Below the pieces are notes generated by a model, which worked only from the letters and a program-made list of their open reading frames with translations, did not search any database and was not told where the DNA came from. From Isurus oxyrinchus (lineage: Eukaryota), in contig JANJGN010000012.1 in assembly GCA_026770705.1 (NCBI GenBank), positions 38,688,001 to 38,752,000 on the forward strand: 64,000 nucleotides of DNA. The letters are read 5' to 3'. Shown piece after piece: positions 1-11,612 of the stretch (position 1 is its first letter; each line of letters begins with the position of its first letter). The position numbers were made by a program, and so were the translations under genes.

Positions 1-198
1 TCAATCAGCAAAATTAAAACAGATGATCTGGTCATTGGCTCTCACTGCTGTTTGTGGGGCCTTGTGTGTACCAATTAGCTGCCAAATATCCCTACAATAC
101 AACAGTAACTACATTTCATTACTACTTAATAAGCTGTAAAGTGCTTTGAGACCTCCTGAGGTTGCGAAAAGCGTTATATAAATGCAAATTCTTTCTTC
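1..198 (+). mobile_element. Deu-domain SINE (SacSINE1/AmnSINE-like), 3' part
   Basis: tgctgtttgtggg..ttgtgtgtaccaattagctgcc..acaacagtaactaca..ctgtaaagtgctttgagac..tatataaatgcaa resembles the DeuSINE central domain plus L2-type tail. Confidence 0.65.
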
Positions 199-1299
199 TA
201 TCTGTTTCTTCCCTGTGTTTGATGGCATCATCTAAAGAAAGTATCAGTAACTGGAAAATAACAGTCACTGCAAGATGATTAGATTCAAGAGTTTCAGGAA
301 GTATCATAAACCACAAGAATAAAGTTTGAGTGATTTGAAATTGTAATCTGACCCTGTTGACAGCACTGTATGGGAACATTGGATGACATAGTAGGTAACA
401 CACTGACCTGTTATCTCTGGGTTTGGTTTCAACTTGTCCCAGACTGATGGGATGAAAGTGATCTCTGTAAACCTGTAGGTGGAAAAGGTCTGGCTAATTT
501 TAATTCACTTCTTAATTGGTGTGATTCTAGAGAAAAATCTAACCGTAATTGTGCAGTAATCAGCATTATCACTCAGAGACCACAAGATAGCTGATTTTTG
601 AAAATGTCATTCAAGTTCGCTCCATAAGATTGGTGCTGAAATTTGTTGGACAGATGTGAGGTCCCCAGCATCTAATTGTGTTTTACCTGACCTGAAGGTT
701 TCGGATGCTGCCCCTGAATGCCAAAAGTGGAAGAAAAGCTTTGTTTATGAGCAGAAATATCCCTCACCTTAATGAGGACAAAACTCTTGTATTTCTTTAT
801 CTGCACTTTAATAATAACCGCTGTTCACTTTCTGAGCTGCCATTCACTGGCTTTGCATCTGTTGCATCAAGAGTAGCAGTCAGTCCAGATACTGACAGTC
901 TCATGTCCCTGACAGTCACAGTATTATTCATGTTTACCTCTCTGTTCCCTGGAGAGATGTTGGAGGGATCATAGGCTGTATTTCAATTCAGTACTGCACT
1001 TGCATTGACTGTTACCTAACGCTCCCCCACCCCACCCCTACCATTGGCTGGTCCTTTGTATATCTAGATATGTGTAAACAATTGTTAAGCTTACCTAGCT
1101 GCAATTCAACAATTCAAAATGTATTACTGTCACTGTATTGAGATATAATTTGTTGTTAATTATGGTCAATATGGATTATTTCTTTTTGAAATCTGGTTTT
1201 CTCCCCATCGCTCCTGTCCTTTACAGAAAATGTTAAAACATGTTGTTCTTCATGCCATAACACCAGAGAAGTTTACGTCCCAGAATCCAACCCTTTGCA

Positions 1300-1770
1300 T
1301 CTGTGTCAGCTCTCTATTAAAACAATCCAAAACTAATCCCACTGCCCCTACCTTCTCTCCCAAAACCTGCATCATCTGCTAGTTCAATGTTTAAGCACTT
1401 TTCTCTTAAAAGATGGAATGGTTTAACTTCCCTTTGTAGCAAAACACACCTTGCTCTGCAGAAAGACAATTCCTATAGTATAAATACTCAAAACCGATTC
1501 CCTAACTGGAAGAAATAATCATTCAAGCTATCAAACCATATGTAATTTTAAAAAGCTTTATGAAATCTTCCTTTTAGCCTTTCCTGTGGAAATGGCCCCT
1601 GAATCACTAGTCTTTCCTGGCAGCTATTTTTTTTTCATATCTGCTACCCTGCTAATAAATCTACACTGTATGTCCCCTACAGTGTTAATGTCCTTTCTAT
1701 TATTCAATGCCCCAAATTGCATACGAGACCCAACTGTAGCTTAATCATTGCATATACAATTTATCATAAT
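1300..1770 (-). mobile_element. Highly decayed CR1 LINE 3' fragment
   Basis: Degenerate similarity to the better preserved CR1 copies in this window (e.g. 23100-23700). Confidence 0.4.
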
Positions 1771-1811
1771 ATTTTTAATCTTACCTCTGCTGTCTCGAAA
1801 GCAAAGCGACA

Positions 1812-3427
1812 TTTTTTGTGTGTTTCTTTAAATCAAACTTTTGAAAACAATCAAGTAAAACAAGTATAATTACCTTTTGTTATGGGAATATGCAAATCCA
1901 GACATCTTTTGAAGATTAGTTTTCAACAATTCTCTATGAATTCAACATTTTAAAAAACTTGAAAAAATTGCATAGACATTGTCATTTACATGCAAATATT
2001 TATTCCACAACTTGCAGAAAAATAATTAAAATCCTGTTACATAATAATCATGAAAGCCTAAACTTGTAGCATGTTTCTTTTGATCAATCATTGAGAAAGA
2101 TAATTAATAATTGGTTTAAATAACTATGACACTTTAAGCATAATTTAATAAACTCAAAATGCCATTAGCCTTTTTAATGTATTAAATTAATTGCAATTGA
2201 ACTTTCAGGTCATTATGCATTTGACTAAGTCTTTCAGTTTATTCCTACCCTTCCCATTAAGCGTATACTACCCATCAAAATGTGAAAGCCCAGACAGTTG
2301 GCAAACAGCAAGGGCAACCTAACCATAGGTGTCATCACACCAAGCCAAACGTGGTAGATGAGTGACTGCTTTGGGGAACACCGCCATACAGCCCATAAGC
2401 ATGACCCCTAGTTTTCAGTGGTCTGGCATTTAAACTCTCCACCATGCTGTCACACTGACATCTCTGTTCTTGGCCCCCTGCTGTGTCTATCTGAAACACA
2501 GCACAAGCTCGAGGAACAGCATCTCATGTTTTGATTAGGTACTTTACAACCATCTGGGCTCAATATTGAGTTCAACAATTTCAGACTGCATTCCCTGCCA
2601 CCCACTCCCCCATCCACCCCCCCACCCACGCCCCCCACCCCCCGTCCTGCCCCCCCTCCCCCCGCCCTGCCCACACCAATTTGTTTCCTTTTCTTTGCAT
2701 GTTTCAGTATTAATCTTTTCTTTTCTCTTGTTGGATGGCTGATATTCATTATTCTGCCATTCACACCTCCTCTGGACACACCTTTTGTTCCATTACTATT
2801 CCCATTGATTCCGCTTATCAACTCTTTTATTATTTAATGTCTCCCGTCTTCCGCCCAATCACCTTCTCTTTGGTTCTCTTTCCACCCTCTCCCATTTGAC
2901 CTATTCAAAACCTATTACATTTCCAACTTTTTCCCAGTTCTAATGAAAGGTTATCGACCTGGAATGTTAACTTTGTTTCTCTCTCTACAGCTGCTGCCAG
3001 ATTTGTTGATGATTTCCAGCATTTTTTGTTTTTATTTCAGATTTTCAGCATCTGCAGTATTTGACTTTTGTGTTGATGGTTCTTACCAGACATACAAGCT
3101 TCACTTCCCAGTGTCATCTTTGTAGAAACAGGAACGCTAGCTGATTCTCCCCTTCTCTGACTGAATTCAGTTGTAGTGCCGCAACTCTGTATTATGTAAC
3201 AGGAAATTAATGATCTTTTCTGGGAGTTGGGAAATAAATTAAACCTCTGCAAGTAAATGGCAATGTCTATGCAAATTCTTCAAGAATTTTTAAAATTTTG
3301 ATTTCATAGAGAATTGTGGAAAACTAATCTTCAAAAGATGGCAGGATTTGCATAGTCCCTTGACAACGATAATTATACTTGTTTTACTTCATTTGTTTTT
3401 GCAAGTTTGATTTAAAAAAACACAAAA
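1812..3427. repeat. Old long inverted repeat, arms ~1812-2046 and ~3190-3427 (possible foldback/MITE TIRs)
   Basis: e.g. tcttttgaagattagttttc vs gaaaactaatcttcaaaaga; ttgcatagacattg vs caatgtctatgcaa; cctgttacataata vs tattatgtaacagg; blocks are colinear across ~235 bp. Confidence 0.85.
2405..3070 (+). mobile_element. Decayed Penelope-like element 3' end (GIY-YIG C-terminus + pLTR with degenerate hammerhead at 2936-2972)
   Basis: Translates to ..ISVLG..QHKLEEQHLMF*LGTLQPSGLNIEFNNFR, matching the end of the ORF at 48301; followed by agttctaatgaaaggttatcgacctggaatgttaact and the ctgctgccaga..ttccagcat tail. Confidence 0.85.
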
Positions 3428-4639
3428 GTATTGGCCTTGGTTTTGAGATAGTAGAGGCAGCATGTGTTCTCTTATTGTCCTCTTAGCAATGCTGCCCTTT
3501 CTCGCCCCTCCCCCGAAGATACTGACTCATGCTGTGGCTTGTTCCCACTGGTTTGATGCCCAATGTGTTGTGGTATTGGACTTCAGCGACCAGGTTTATT
3601 ATGTAGCCCTTTTGACTAGGAGGCAGCTACATCCACTGTGGATACACTCCCATTCCTGGTCTCCAATGCTGCATAAAACTCTCAGGTAATGCTTTTACTA
3701 GTCACCTGTACACAGTGACAGCTGTTGCCCGGGCAAATGTGCCAGCTTGCAGGGCTAAACAAGGTTGGGAGTAACTCTTGGGCAGATGTCCCTGAGCGAT
3801 TGAGAGGCACTCATATCCCTTCCTAGCATACATTTCCTACCATTCATTCAATGCTAACTTATCCAAATGAGAAGGCACCATGAAAAAGCTAGGTGGATAG
3901 CTAAATTCAGAGGTTACTGGAGCTAACTTCATTGCCAGCTATTTGTTGCCACTGAGTCTAGATGCAGGAAATTGAGAAAGTGAGGCAGACTCTGTGCAAA
4001 TCATCCTCACTATAAATGAACTCATTCACTGGTGCCACTTATATCCCTACAGCACTTCACTTAAGTGGCCATTTTGTAGGGTACATCTTTTTTATCATTT
4101 AGTTATTAAACTTTACCGGATCGAGTACTTGGGGGAACCTTGGCATGGAGGGTTACTTATCCATTATTTAATATTCATTATTATTTCACAGGATGCAGGC
4201 AACATCCCAGCATTTGTTGCCCATCCCTAATGCCCTTGAGAAGGTGGTGCTGAGTCTGAATGGTAACTATTTGTAGGTTGGTCGCTTATGAGGGACAACG
4301 CAGCTAAGTCTTTTGTCTTCACCAAATGTCCACTAATGAATCACTGAATATTGACCATAGTGGGAACATTGAATTTTTTTATACCTTAGCCTAATGGCGA
4401 TTATAGTACCTATACATCTGCATTGGTCAGGGATCAAAGCCATAATCTAGTTTGACAATATGGTTCAGTTTCATATTGCGAAGTGCACTTAACAGTCAAG
4501 CATAAGGAATGGTTAAAGTGATAACTCAGTATGTGAAGTAGAGTTTAAATCCCAGTTTTATGCCTTTTATACAAAGTATTTATGTGATTGCATTATAATA
4601 TTATAATGCATTATGGATCAATATTTCAACAATCAAAGT

Positions 4640-5060
4640 AACTGGGGCAGATACTGAGGGAAATCTACAAAGGCTCCGAAGCACAATGGTAACAAACAGT
4701 AACAGATGTAGATTATCACCAAACTGCAGCACAACAGTATGAATAGTAACGTCAAAGAAAAAGATTGCACATTGATGCAAAATAGCAGTGGAATAAAAAG
4801 AAGTAAAACAAGTAGAATCATTTTCTTATCTGGGTAGACAACAACCCAATAACATTTGATGGGAAAAGTGATCAAGTCACCAGGAAGTACGTAATACTTG
4901 CAAAACAAATCTTCACAAGACCTCTTTGGAGCATCTCGATGGAAAGCAGAATGAGATCACTAAAACACTACATCTGGTCAGCGTTACTATACGGGAGCGA
5001 AAGCTGGAATTAAGAAAGAAAATGGAAGATAATTTAAAGGCAATGGAGATGTGGGCCTGG
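4640..5060 (+). mobile_element. RTE-clade LINE RT fragment (decayed)
   Basis: Segments translate to VESFSYLG and YIWSALLYGSESW..KMEDNLKAMEMW, typical of the RTE C-terminal RT region. Confidence 0.7.
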
Positions 5061-6559
5061 ACTTTTGCTACTGAGGCAACTAGGTTGAGTCAGGAAATCT
5101 CCTGACTTGCTGATCATTTGTAATGCCTCAGTAGAAAGTCCCCTGAATGGCATAATCTTTGCTTCGGAGTGTGTTGTTGGTGGTGCAGGGTTGATGCAGG
5201 ATGGAGTCAGGACCACTGCCCACAGACACGGGGGCAGCCGAGTTATCTCAAAGTTGGTACAATGCAAGATAAAAGCGTACCTTTAATCAAAGACTGTCCC
5301 CTTCAAAGTGCTGTCTGCAGTGACGAACCAGCAACTAAAGGAATTCACAACTTCAACAGAGAATTACTGACGTCAGATCCAAACTGATCAGTGCTAGTGT
5401 ATTCCCTCCATGTAACTAAAGAAAACAGAGGAAAAAATGCCATGTGCTGAAGTCTCAAGCCACAGACTTAATCAGGGCAGCGGCTGGAAGGCCACAGGAC
5501 CCGCCATCATACCCCGAGTAAATGTCCCCTGCACTTAAAGCGCCACAAGAGAAAGCATTAACTTCTGTCCTTTACTATTTTTTCAAGCGGGAAATGCCTC
5601 ACAACCAATCAATAAAGACCACCTAAATGGACCCACATTTCTGCTGCAAATCATCAGCCGGCCAACACAGAACCTCTGGCCACTGTAGGAAATACTGAAA
5701 AGGAAATGAAGAGGTACCTAGGGCAAAATTGGCACTTATTCTGTCAGGCCTTCCCGAAACGAGATGACACAGGGCTCCTGCGGGCTCTCTAGTCGGTGGG
5801 CGAGTCCCCTGACACCTCCATTAAATACTGCCCCTATGGGTGCCAAAGTGGTCTTAACTGATAACAAGGTTGTTAGATAACAAGGTTGATTTGGGACAAG
5901 CAGGGAAGAAACATGCATCATGAAGGAGTAGCAATAGGGAGCCTTGAAAGTTCTGGGGGAGCTCAATGTCAGCATGTGACAATTGTTGAGTTTTGTTGCC
6001 AAAAGAGGTGCCTGACAGCAGGGCTTACTTGACTGTAGGTTTGGATCTAAGTCAGCTGAAAGTTTTCCTTATAGGTTGTTCTGCAACTGTTTGCAGTGGG
6101 AAAAATCCAGTTGCTGTTTTCCAATGAGAATAATGGTGTTGTGTATAGTTATAGACTTCTTCCAGCATTGTCTTTTATCTTGGCTCCTTGTATTTGAGGG
6201 TGACCTTAACAAACTTGTTTGAGAACGATGTGGATTTAGGATTCTGTCCATCTTCAGGATTAAAGTGCCTCACTGTTGACTCTGTGGTTTGCTGTTATGA
6301 GTCTTTAATGTTCATAACATGAATTATCAGTGCAGCATTCTCAAATATTGCTGAGGGATTAAGATGAAAAAGCTACTCCTGGATCTTCAAACAGGGAGGC
6401 GTGGGTATTGGATTAGGTGTAGAATCTGCCCACTGTACCTGGTAGCCCTCCAATTATCCTCCTGATACTTCTGTACTTTCTCCCAAAAGCAAAGGACCAG
6501 TAGGAGGCCTAATGAATTCCCCATTGATTTCAATCAAGCAAAAAAAAACACGTTTTTAA

Positions 6560-7664
6560 GGCTCAAATTTCTGCCAGGACAGAATTTGTGCCAAAAGTTC
6601 CAGAAATGGACGAAATTTCTAAGTTCCGCCTCGAAGCCAGCATTTCCCATCTGCATGGGGGCGGGACTGGAATCAGGCGGAATTCGTGCATGCAAGATTT
6701 GTGGATGTAGCTGGCCATTTCAATCTCCAGCTGCCTCCACTGAAGTGGGATTTTGGAAAAATAGGAATGTGGAATCCAGAGTGTGAAGATTAGAATAGGC
6801 AAGAGGAGATGTGAACTTGGTGGATTCATTTGGACAGCCAAGGGAGCCTCTTTGGAGACGTAAGGTACCCCTTTCAATAAGATCCTGGGACAACTTTGAG
6901 AGAGATAAGGCACCTATTGTGAAAGGTAAGGCGCCCTTTCGAAGAGGTAATGTACCCTTTGGGATTGAACATAAAGCACCCTTTGGCATTGAAATTCAAT
7001 ATAATTATGGACTTCTTCCACACAAACTCATTGGAACCTGTCAAGCTGTTAAAGAGCTGTCCAGCTGTCAAGGAACTGCTAAAGAGCTGTGTGTCTGTCA
7101 AAGACATCAGACCTGTCCAGGAAGTGTCCAAACAAGCAAGCCTGTCCAGGAAGTGTCAAAGCTATCAAGGAACTGTCCAAGGTTAGTTGGCATGGAGTGA
7201 CTGGATGGGGGGAATGGGTTGGCATGAGATAGCATTAAGTTGGCATAGGGGATATGGGAGCTGTTGGGGCCATTGGATTGGCATAGGTTAGCATGGATGG
7301 GGCATAGGGAATGTTGAGGGGGGAATGAGGGGGTAGAGGTTAGGGCTGGAGGGATTTTTTTGTCTTATTACTGTTTATTTATTTAAACATAGTGCTAGAG
7401 CACGAGGCAGGCCTTGCACCAAGCCCACTACTGCACCTGGCAGTCCTGCTTGATTCCTATTTCATTGACCCCACCCTCACCCCCCACCGCCCCCCCCCCC
7501 CCCCCTTCCCACCACCACCACCACCAACGCCCACCCCCCCCACCGCCCCCCTCCTTCCCTTGTCAAAAATCTGATCTGTGGGCAGCCATTTTTTAAAGTC
7601 GGGTTTGCTGAGCCAGGAAATTTCCCAACTCTGCAAACTCGACCTGGGCATGAAAATCTGGGCC
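6560..7664. mobile_element. Non-autonomous PIF/Harbinger element (family B)
   Basis: TAA on both sides; ends ggctcaaatttc..gaaaatctgggcc; internal low-complexity gtacccctt and ctgtca repeats that explain the overlapping spurious ORFs. Confidence 0.7.
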
Positions 7665-7756
7665 TAAAATTGCCAAAGTTCCTAAATGTTGTTAATCTTT
7701 AAAAAAAAAGATAAAGCAACTTCAATTTTTAAAAAAAACTCAAAAATCTTAACCAC

Positions 7757-7912
7757 TAATCAAAAATCATGGAAGCACTCAGCAAATTCAGCAGTATCTG
7801 TGGAGACAGTACGTCCGGCAATGTTTCAGGTGCACACTTCAGCTTACCTGTTCCTAGCACAAATGCTGCCTGACCTGCTGTGTGCTTCCAGCATTTTCTG
7901 TTTGTTTCAGAT
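7757..7912. mobile_element. Old PLE-pLTR-derived inverted remnant
   Basis: ggaagcactcagcaaattcagcagtatctgtg is inverted relative to cacaaatgctgcctgacctgctgtgtgcttcc; both match the PLE tail motif. Confidence 0.6.
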
Positions 7913-8531
7913 TTATATCCTCTGTAATTTGAAAAGACTCTCACTGACACATGGTGGGTTGTAGAGTTAAGACTTGTACATTTGTAATGTTTCATTTTGT
8001 GAATAAATTGAAAATGGAGTAAAGATTAATTTCTGGTTTCCTCCTTCACCAACTGGTTGTCAGAAGTTTTACACTGGCTACAGCTGAAAATCTGAAAATA
8101 AACAGAAAGAATCCAGGCCTGTTAGTCTACATCAGAAAGAATGTTGTGCAAAACAAGCAAAGCACTGTAATTTTTTTCACTATGCCCTAGTCTGATAATT
8201 AACGCTGATTGTAATGTGTTAAAATATACACAGGCCTATCGATGTACCACTTGCAAATTGCGATCTCCCTCAGAAATGCACAATTCTGGTAAATGCCAGC
8301 ATTCAATCTCTGAGAGAAATGGAGGCAGCGGTATCCCAGCATTCATGACACAAGACATGCTAGTAAAAGTATGGAGGGTTTTTGTCATTGCTGTGAACAT
8401 TTGGAGCTTCCATAATTTGTTTCCTCTTATCCTTGGGTGATGGAATGGAAGAGAAGCACAATTCTTGTAATGGGATGGGGAGAAAGGAGTTGTATGCTTA
8501 GAGGAAGGCAGAAAATGAAGAGCAAAATAGT

Positions 8532-10064
8532 GGGCTGAATTTTGCCGTCAGCGAGAAGGGGCCGGGGCCCACTCGCCGACATGAAAATAACACGGGATGA
8601 CATCAGGGGAAACCCCGGATGTCATCCCATGTCATTTAAATCTTCAGGAAGGCGGGGGCACAGCGAGATCAGCTATCCGCCCACCAACCTGTCAATGGCC
8701 AATTGAGGCCATTGACAGGATAATTAAAACAATTAAAGGGCCTGCCTGTTCAACCTTAATGTTGGTGGGCAGGCCAGGAGCCCCAGTGGGGAATAGAAAA
8801 AACATGAAACCTCATCCATCGGTGGGATGAGGTTTCATGTAGGGTTTTAAAATATTTATTAAAGTTTCAGTGAATTTAATTAACATGTCCCATCTCGTGT
8901 AACATTGTCACATGAGGGGGACATGATAAGGATTTTTTTATTTTTCTATTTTTAATGTTTATACAGCTGTCAGCGATCTCCCTGAGGCTGCACTTAGCCT
9001 CAGGGAGATGTGCACTCTTTCATGCGCGTGCGAGTACCAAGGTGAGCTTGTTAGAAGGTACACCTCACCTTAAGCCAGGCTGCCTCAGTTCTTTGAGATT
9101 TTGGCCTAGATTTATTAAAGGTTGTTAGGGCCTCTAGCCCTCTCCTGTCATTCCCTGCACAGCCCTCTTGCCCCTCTCCACATACCCCCATTAAACCTCC
9201 ATGCCACCTCATACTCCCACATCACCTCCATAGCAACTCACCTGGTATCCACTATGGTAGAACATAGGCGTATTGTGGAGATGAAAAAATTAAACATCTA
9301 ACAATCTAGTGGAGCTCTCACTCATATGCACTTGAAACAGAAAAAAGCCCTGTTTCATGAAACCCATTCAAAGATTTTAAATCCCTTCAATTGGCCAACC
9401 TGTTATATAAACAAAAAAGCTTCTGTTCAGTAACCACATCAAAGACATCTAATCCTTTAATAGCCTCTTAAAGCTATCAATCAAAATTTAAACTCAGACC
9501 TCCTGCTGAGGTAAGTGGTTCTGGGCCTTTTGAAACTCAGCAAAGCATTCATAATGGGCTCAGATAATATTAACCCTTGGTAAATGTCAACAATTAAGTC
9601 TATTGAAACCTACAGGAAAAAATGGGATTTTGTTTCTAATTTTCATTAGATGGCCTGTCAATCAATGCACTCCAACAGCATGTTTTTCTTACTCTAACTG
9701 ATAGCTGCAGCCTAGTTTTCGTTTTCAAAGAGCTACAGATTTAAATAACTTCAAATCATGGCACATAAACAGTCCATATCTAATATTCAAGAGCATTTAT
9801 GTCTCCTCCATAAATCCATGACTCCCACATTACAGATTAAGGCCCTTGTAATGGCAAAAATGGCATTTGTTTGAACAAATGTTTAGCAATCGTTTCAAAT
9901 GGCCCTGCTGAGTTTGGGTTTCCTGCTTGTGTGATTCATGCCCCACCCCTTCCCCGCCAGCAAAAATAGGCTCTGCTGGAATGGGGGCAGGACTTTGGCG
10001 TCCAGGTCCTGCCCACCACTTTTAAACACTCTAGAGTTGGCTCAACTCTGTGAAAATCCAATTC
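8532..10064. mobile_element. Composite of Harbinger MITE family A (8532-~9035) and an inverted family-B-like element
   Basis: 8532-9035 aligns with 24401-24890; the distal part ends in gtgaaaatccaattc and resembles the reverse complement of the 6560 and 17.0-18.5 kb elements. Confidence 0.6.
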
Positions 10065-10190
10065 TTATACATTATTACACCATATTAAGTCAGTTGATTA
10101 TACTAAATTAAAGATACTTTGTCTCATGCAATTTGTTACAATATTCCTGATATTTTAGGTAGATCGCATGCCTCATGGCACCCATATGTA

Positions 10191-10923
10191 GTACTGAATT
10201 TTACCAGGGGGATGGAGGAGGGGTGTATTTCTTGCCCCCTCCGGTAAAAAAATCGGGCCTTCCAACTTTATAAGAGGCTGCCCTGCTACGATGATAGGCT
10301 AGGAGCAGCTATAATGAGGCAATTGTGGAACTTCCACCCCTCAGGAAAAGGAAGTCCCGCCTTCAAGTGTTGTCAGCCAATCTGATTGGCTGGCAGCTGA
10401 GTAGTCCCAGCAGTGCCAGAACTCAGTAGTGGCGAGACTGAGGAGGAGATACCTGGTGACCTGGTTTAGAGGGTAAGCCTGGAATTCTTGGTTGGGGTGG
10501 GATCAGATACCCTCGGGAAAGATGATGGGGATGTGGGGGTCATGTTTTGGAGGTCACATGGGAAGTCACAAAGCAGGGGTAGCATTTTTGGGGAGTGCCT
10601 CCGAAGGGTACAGAGCAGTCCCCCAATGGAGGTACTTAATCCCTTCCTTCCCACCTTTTCATCTGCAATGGTGAAGTAGTGTGCTGTCCTCTATTCTGCC
10701 TTCCCCGGCCGCACGTATTATTGCAACAGGCGTATATATGGGCCTTTAACTGGCCATTTATTGGTCATTTAATGGTAGGCAGGCTGACTGATGCCTTACC
10801 TGCCCAAAGTATTATAGGGGAACAGCTCGGCATCAGTGGGAATGTGGCAAGCTAGCCACACAATCTATTTTATGTGCCCCCCCCACTTGCAAATAAGCCA
10901 GATGGGGGGCCATAAAACTCCCC
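10191..10923. mobile_element. Putative Harbinger-type MITE
   Basis: Degenerate ends gtactgaatttta..taaaactcccc; GC-rich interior with a short palindrome cagccaatctgattggctg. Confidence 0.4.
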
Positions 10924-11244
10924 TCATTGAGTATACATTTGGTGCATTGACTATAAATTGGAGAACTCCAGATACTGCAATCTTAATGATTGCAATAAGG
11001 CATCCAGAAGTTGGAGAATTTTCCAAGAATATAGCTTCAGCAGAGCAGACCCATTTGTAATGGTTTATTGCTCAGCTTGCTTCACAAAAATAATTTGAAA
11101 TTTTACCAAGATATGTGAGTTGCTTGCACTCAGTCTGATAATTACGATTTTCAATTTCTCTCCTAATATGAAGGTGGCATCCGCTCTCAGTGTAAGCCTA
11201 GATAGTGAATGTTGGCAAGTATTCAACCTTAAAGAACTTCGTAG

Positions 11245-11612
11245 TTAATTTTAAAATTCTTGTCCTTGTTTTCAAACACCTCCCTGGCCTCAGTGCTCTC
11301 TATCCCAGCAAACTCCCTGGCATATCTTAGCCTCTCCAATTCTGGCCTCTTTGAGAATACCCCATTTTAATTGGTGGTTGTACTTTCAGTTGCCTAGGAC
11401 AAAAGTGCTGGAATTCCTTCTATAAGCCTCTCAACCTCTCTTTCCTCCTTTAAGATGCTCCGTCAAAATCTACCTCTTTGTCCAAACATTTGGTCAGCTG
11501 TCTTAATACCTCCTTATGTGGCTCACTGTCATGTTCTGTTTTGTCATAGTCCTTGGAAGCACCTGGAGGCCTTTTAATGCATTAAAGGTGTTGAGTAAAT
11601 GCAAGTTGTTGG
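11245..11612 (+). mobile_element. L2 LINE 3' end
   Basis: Aligns with 58035-58445; tail ttaaaggtg..aaatgcaagttgttg. Confidence 0.75.

Noticed and set aside
705-1020. Possible host exon (plus-strand 89-aa ORF, or minus-strand frame ending SEQRLLLKCR*)
   Set aside because: No recognisable homology; splice signals and open frame are inconsistent; needs BLASTX or RNA-seq
6811-7200. CRISPR-like or coding tandem repeats
   Set aside because: Short irregular degenerate motifs inside a Harbinger MITE in a vertebrate context; no repeat-spacer regularity
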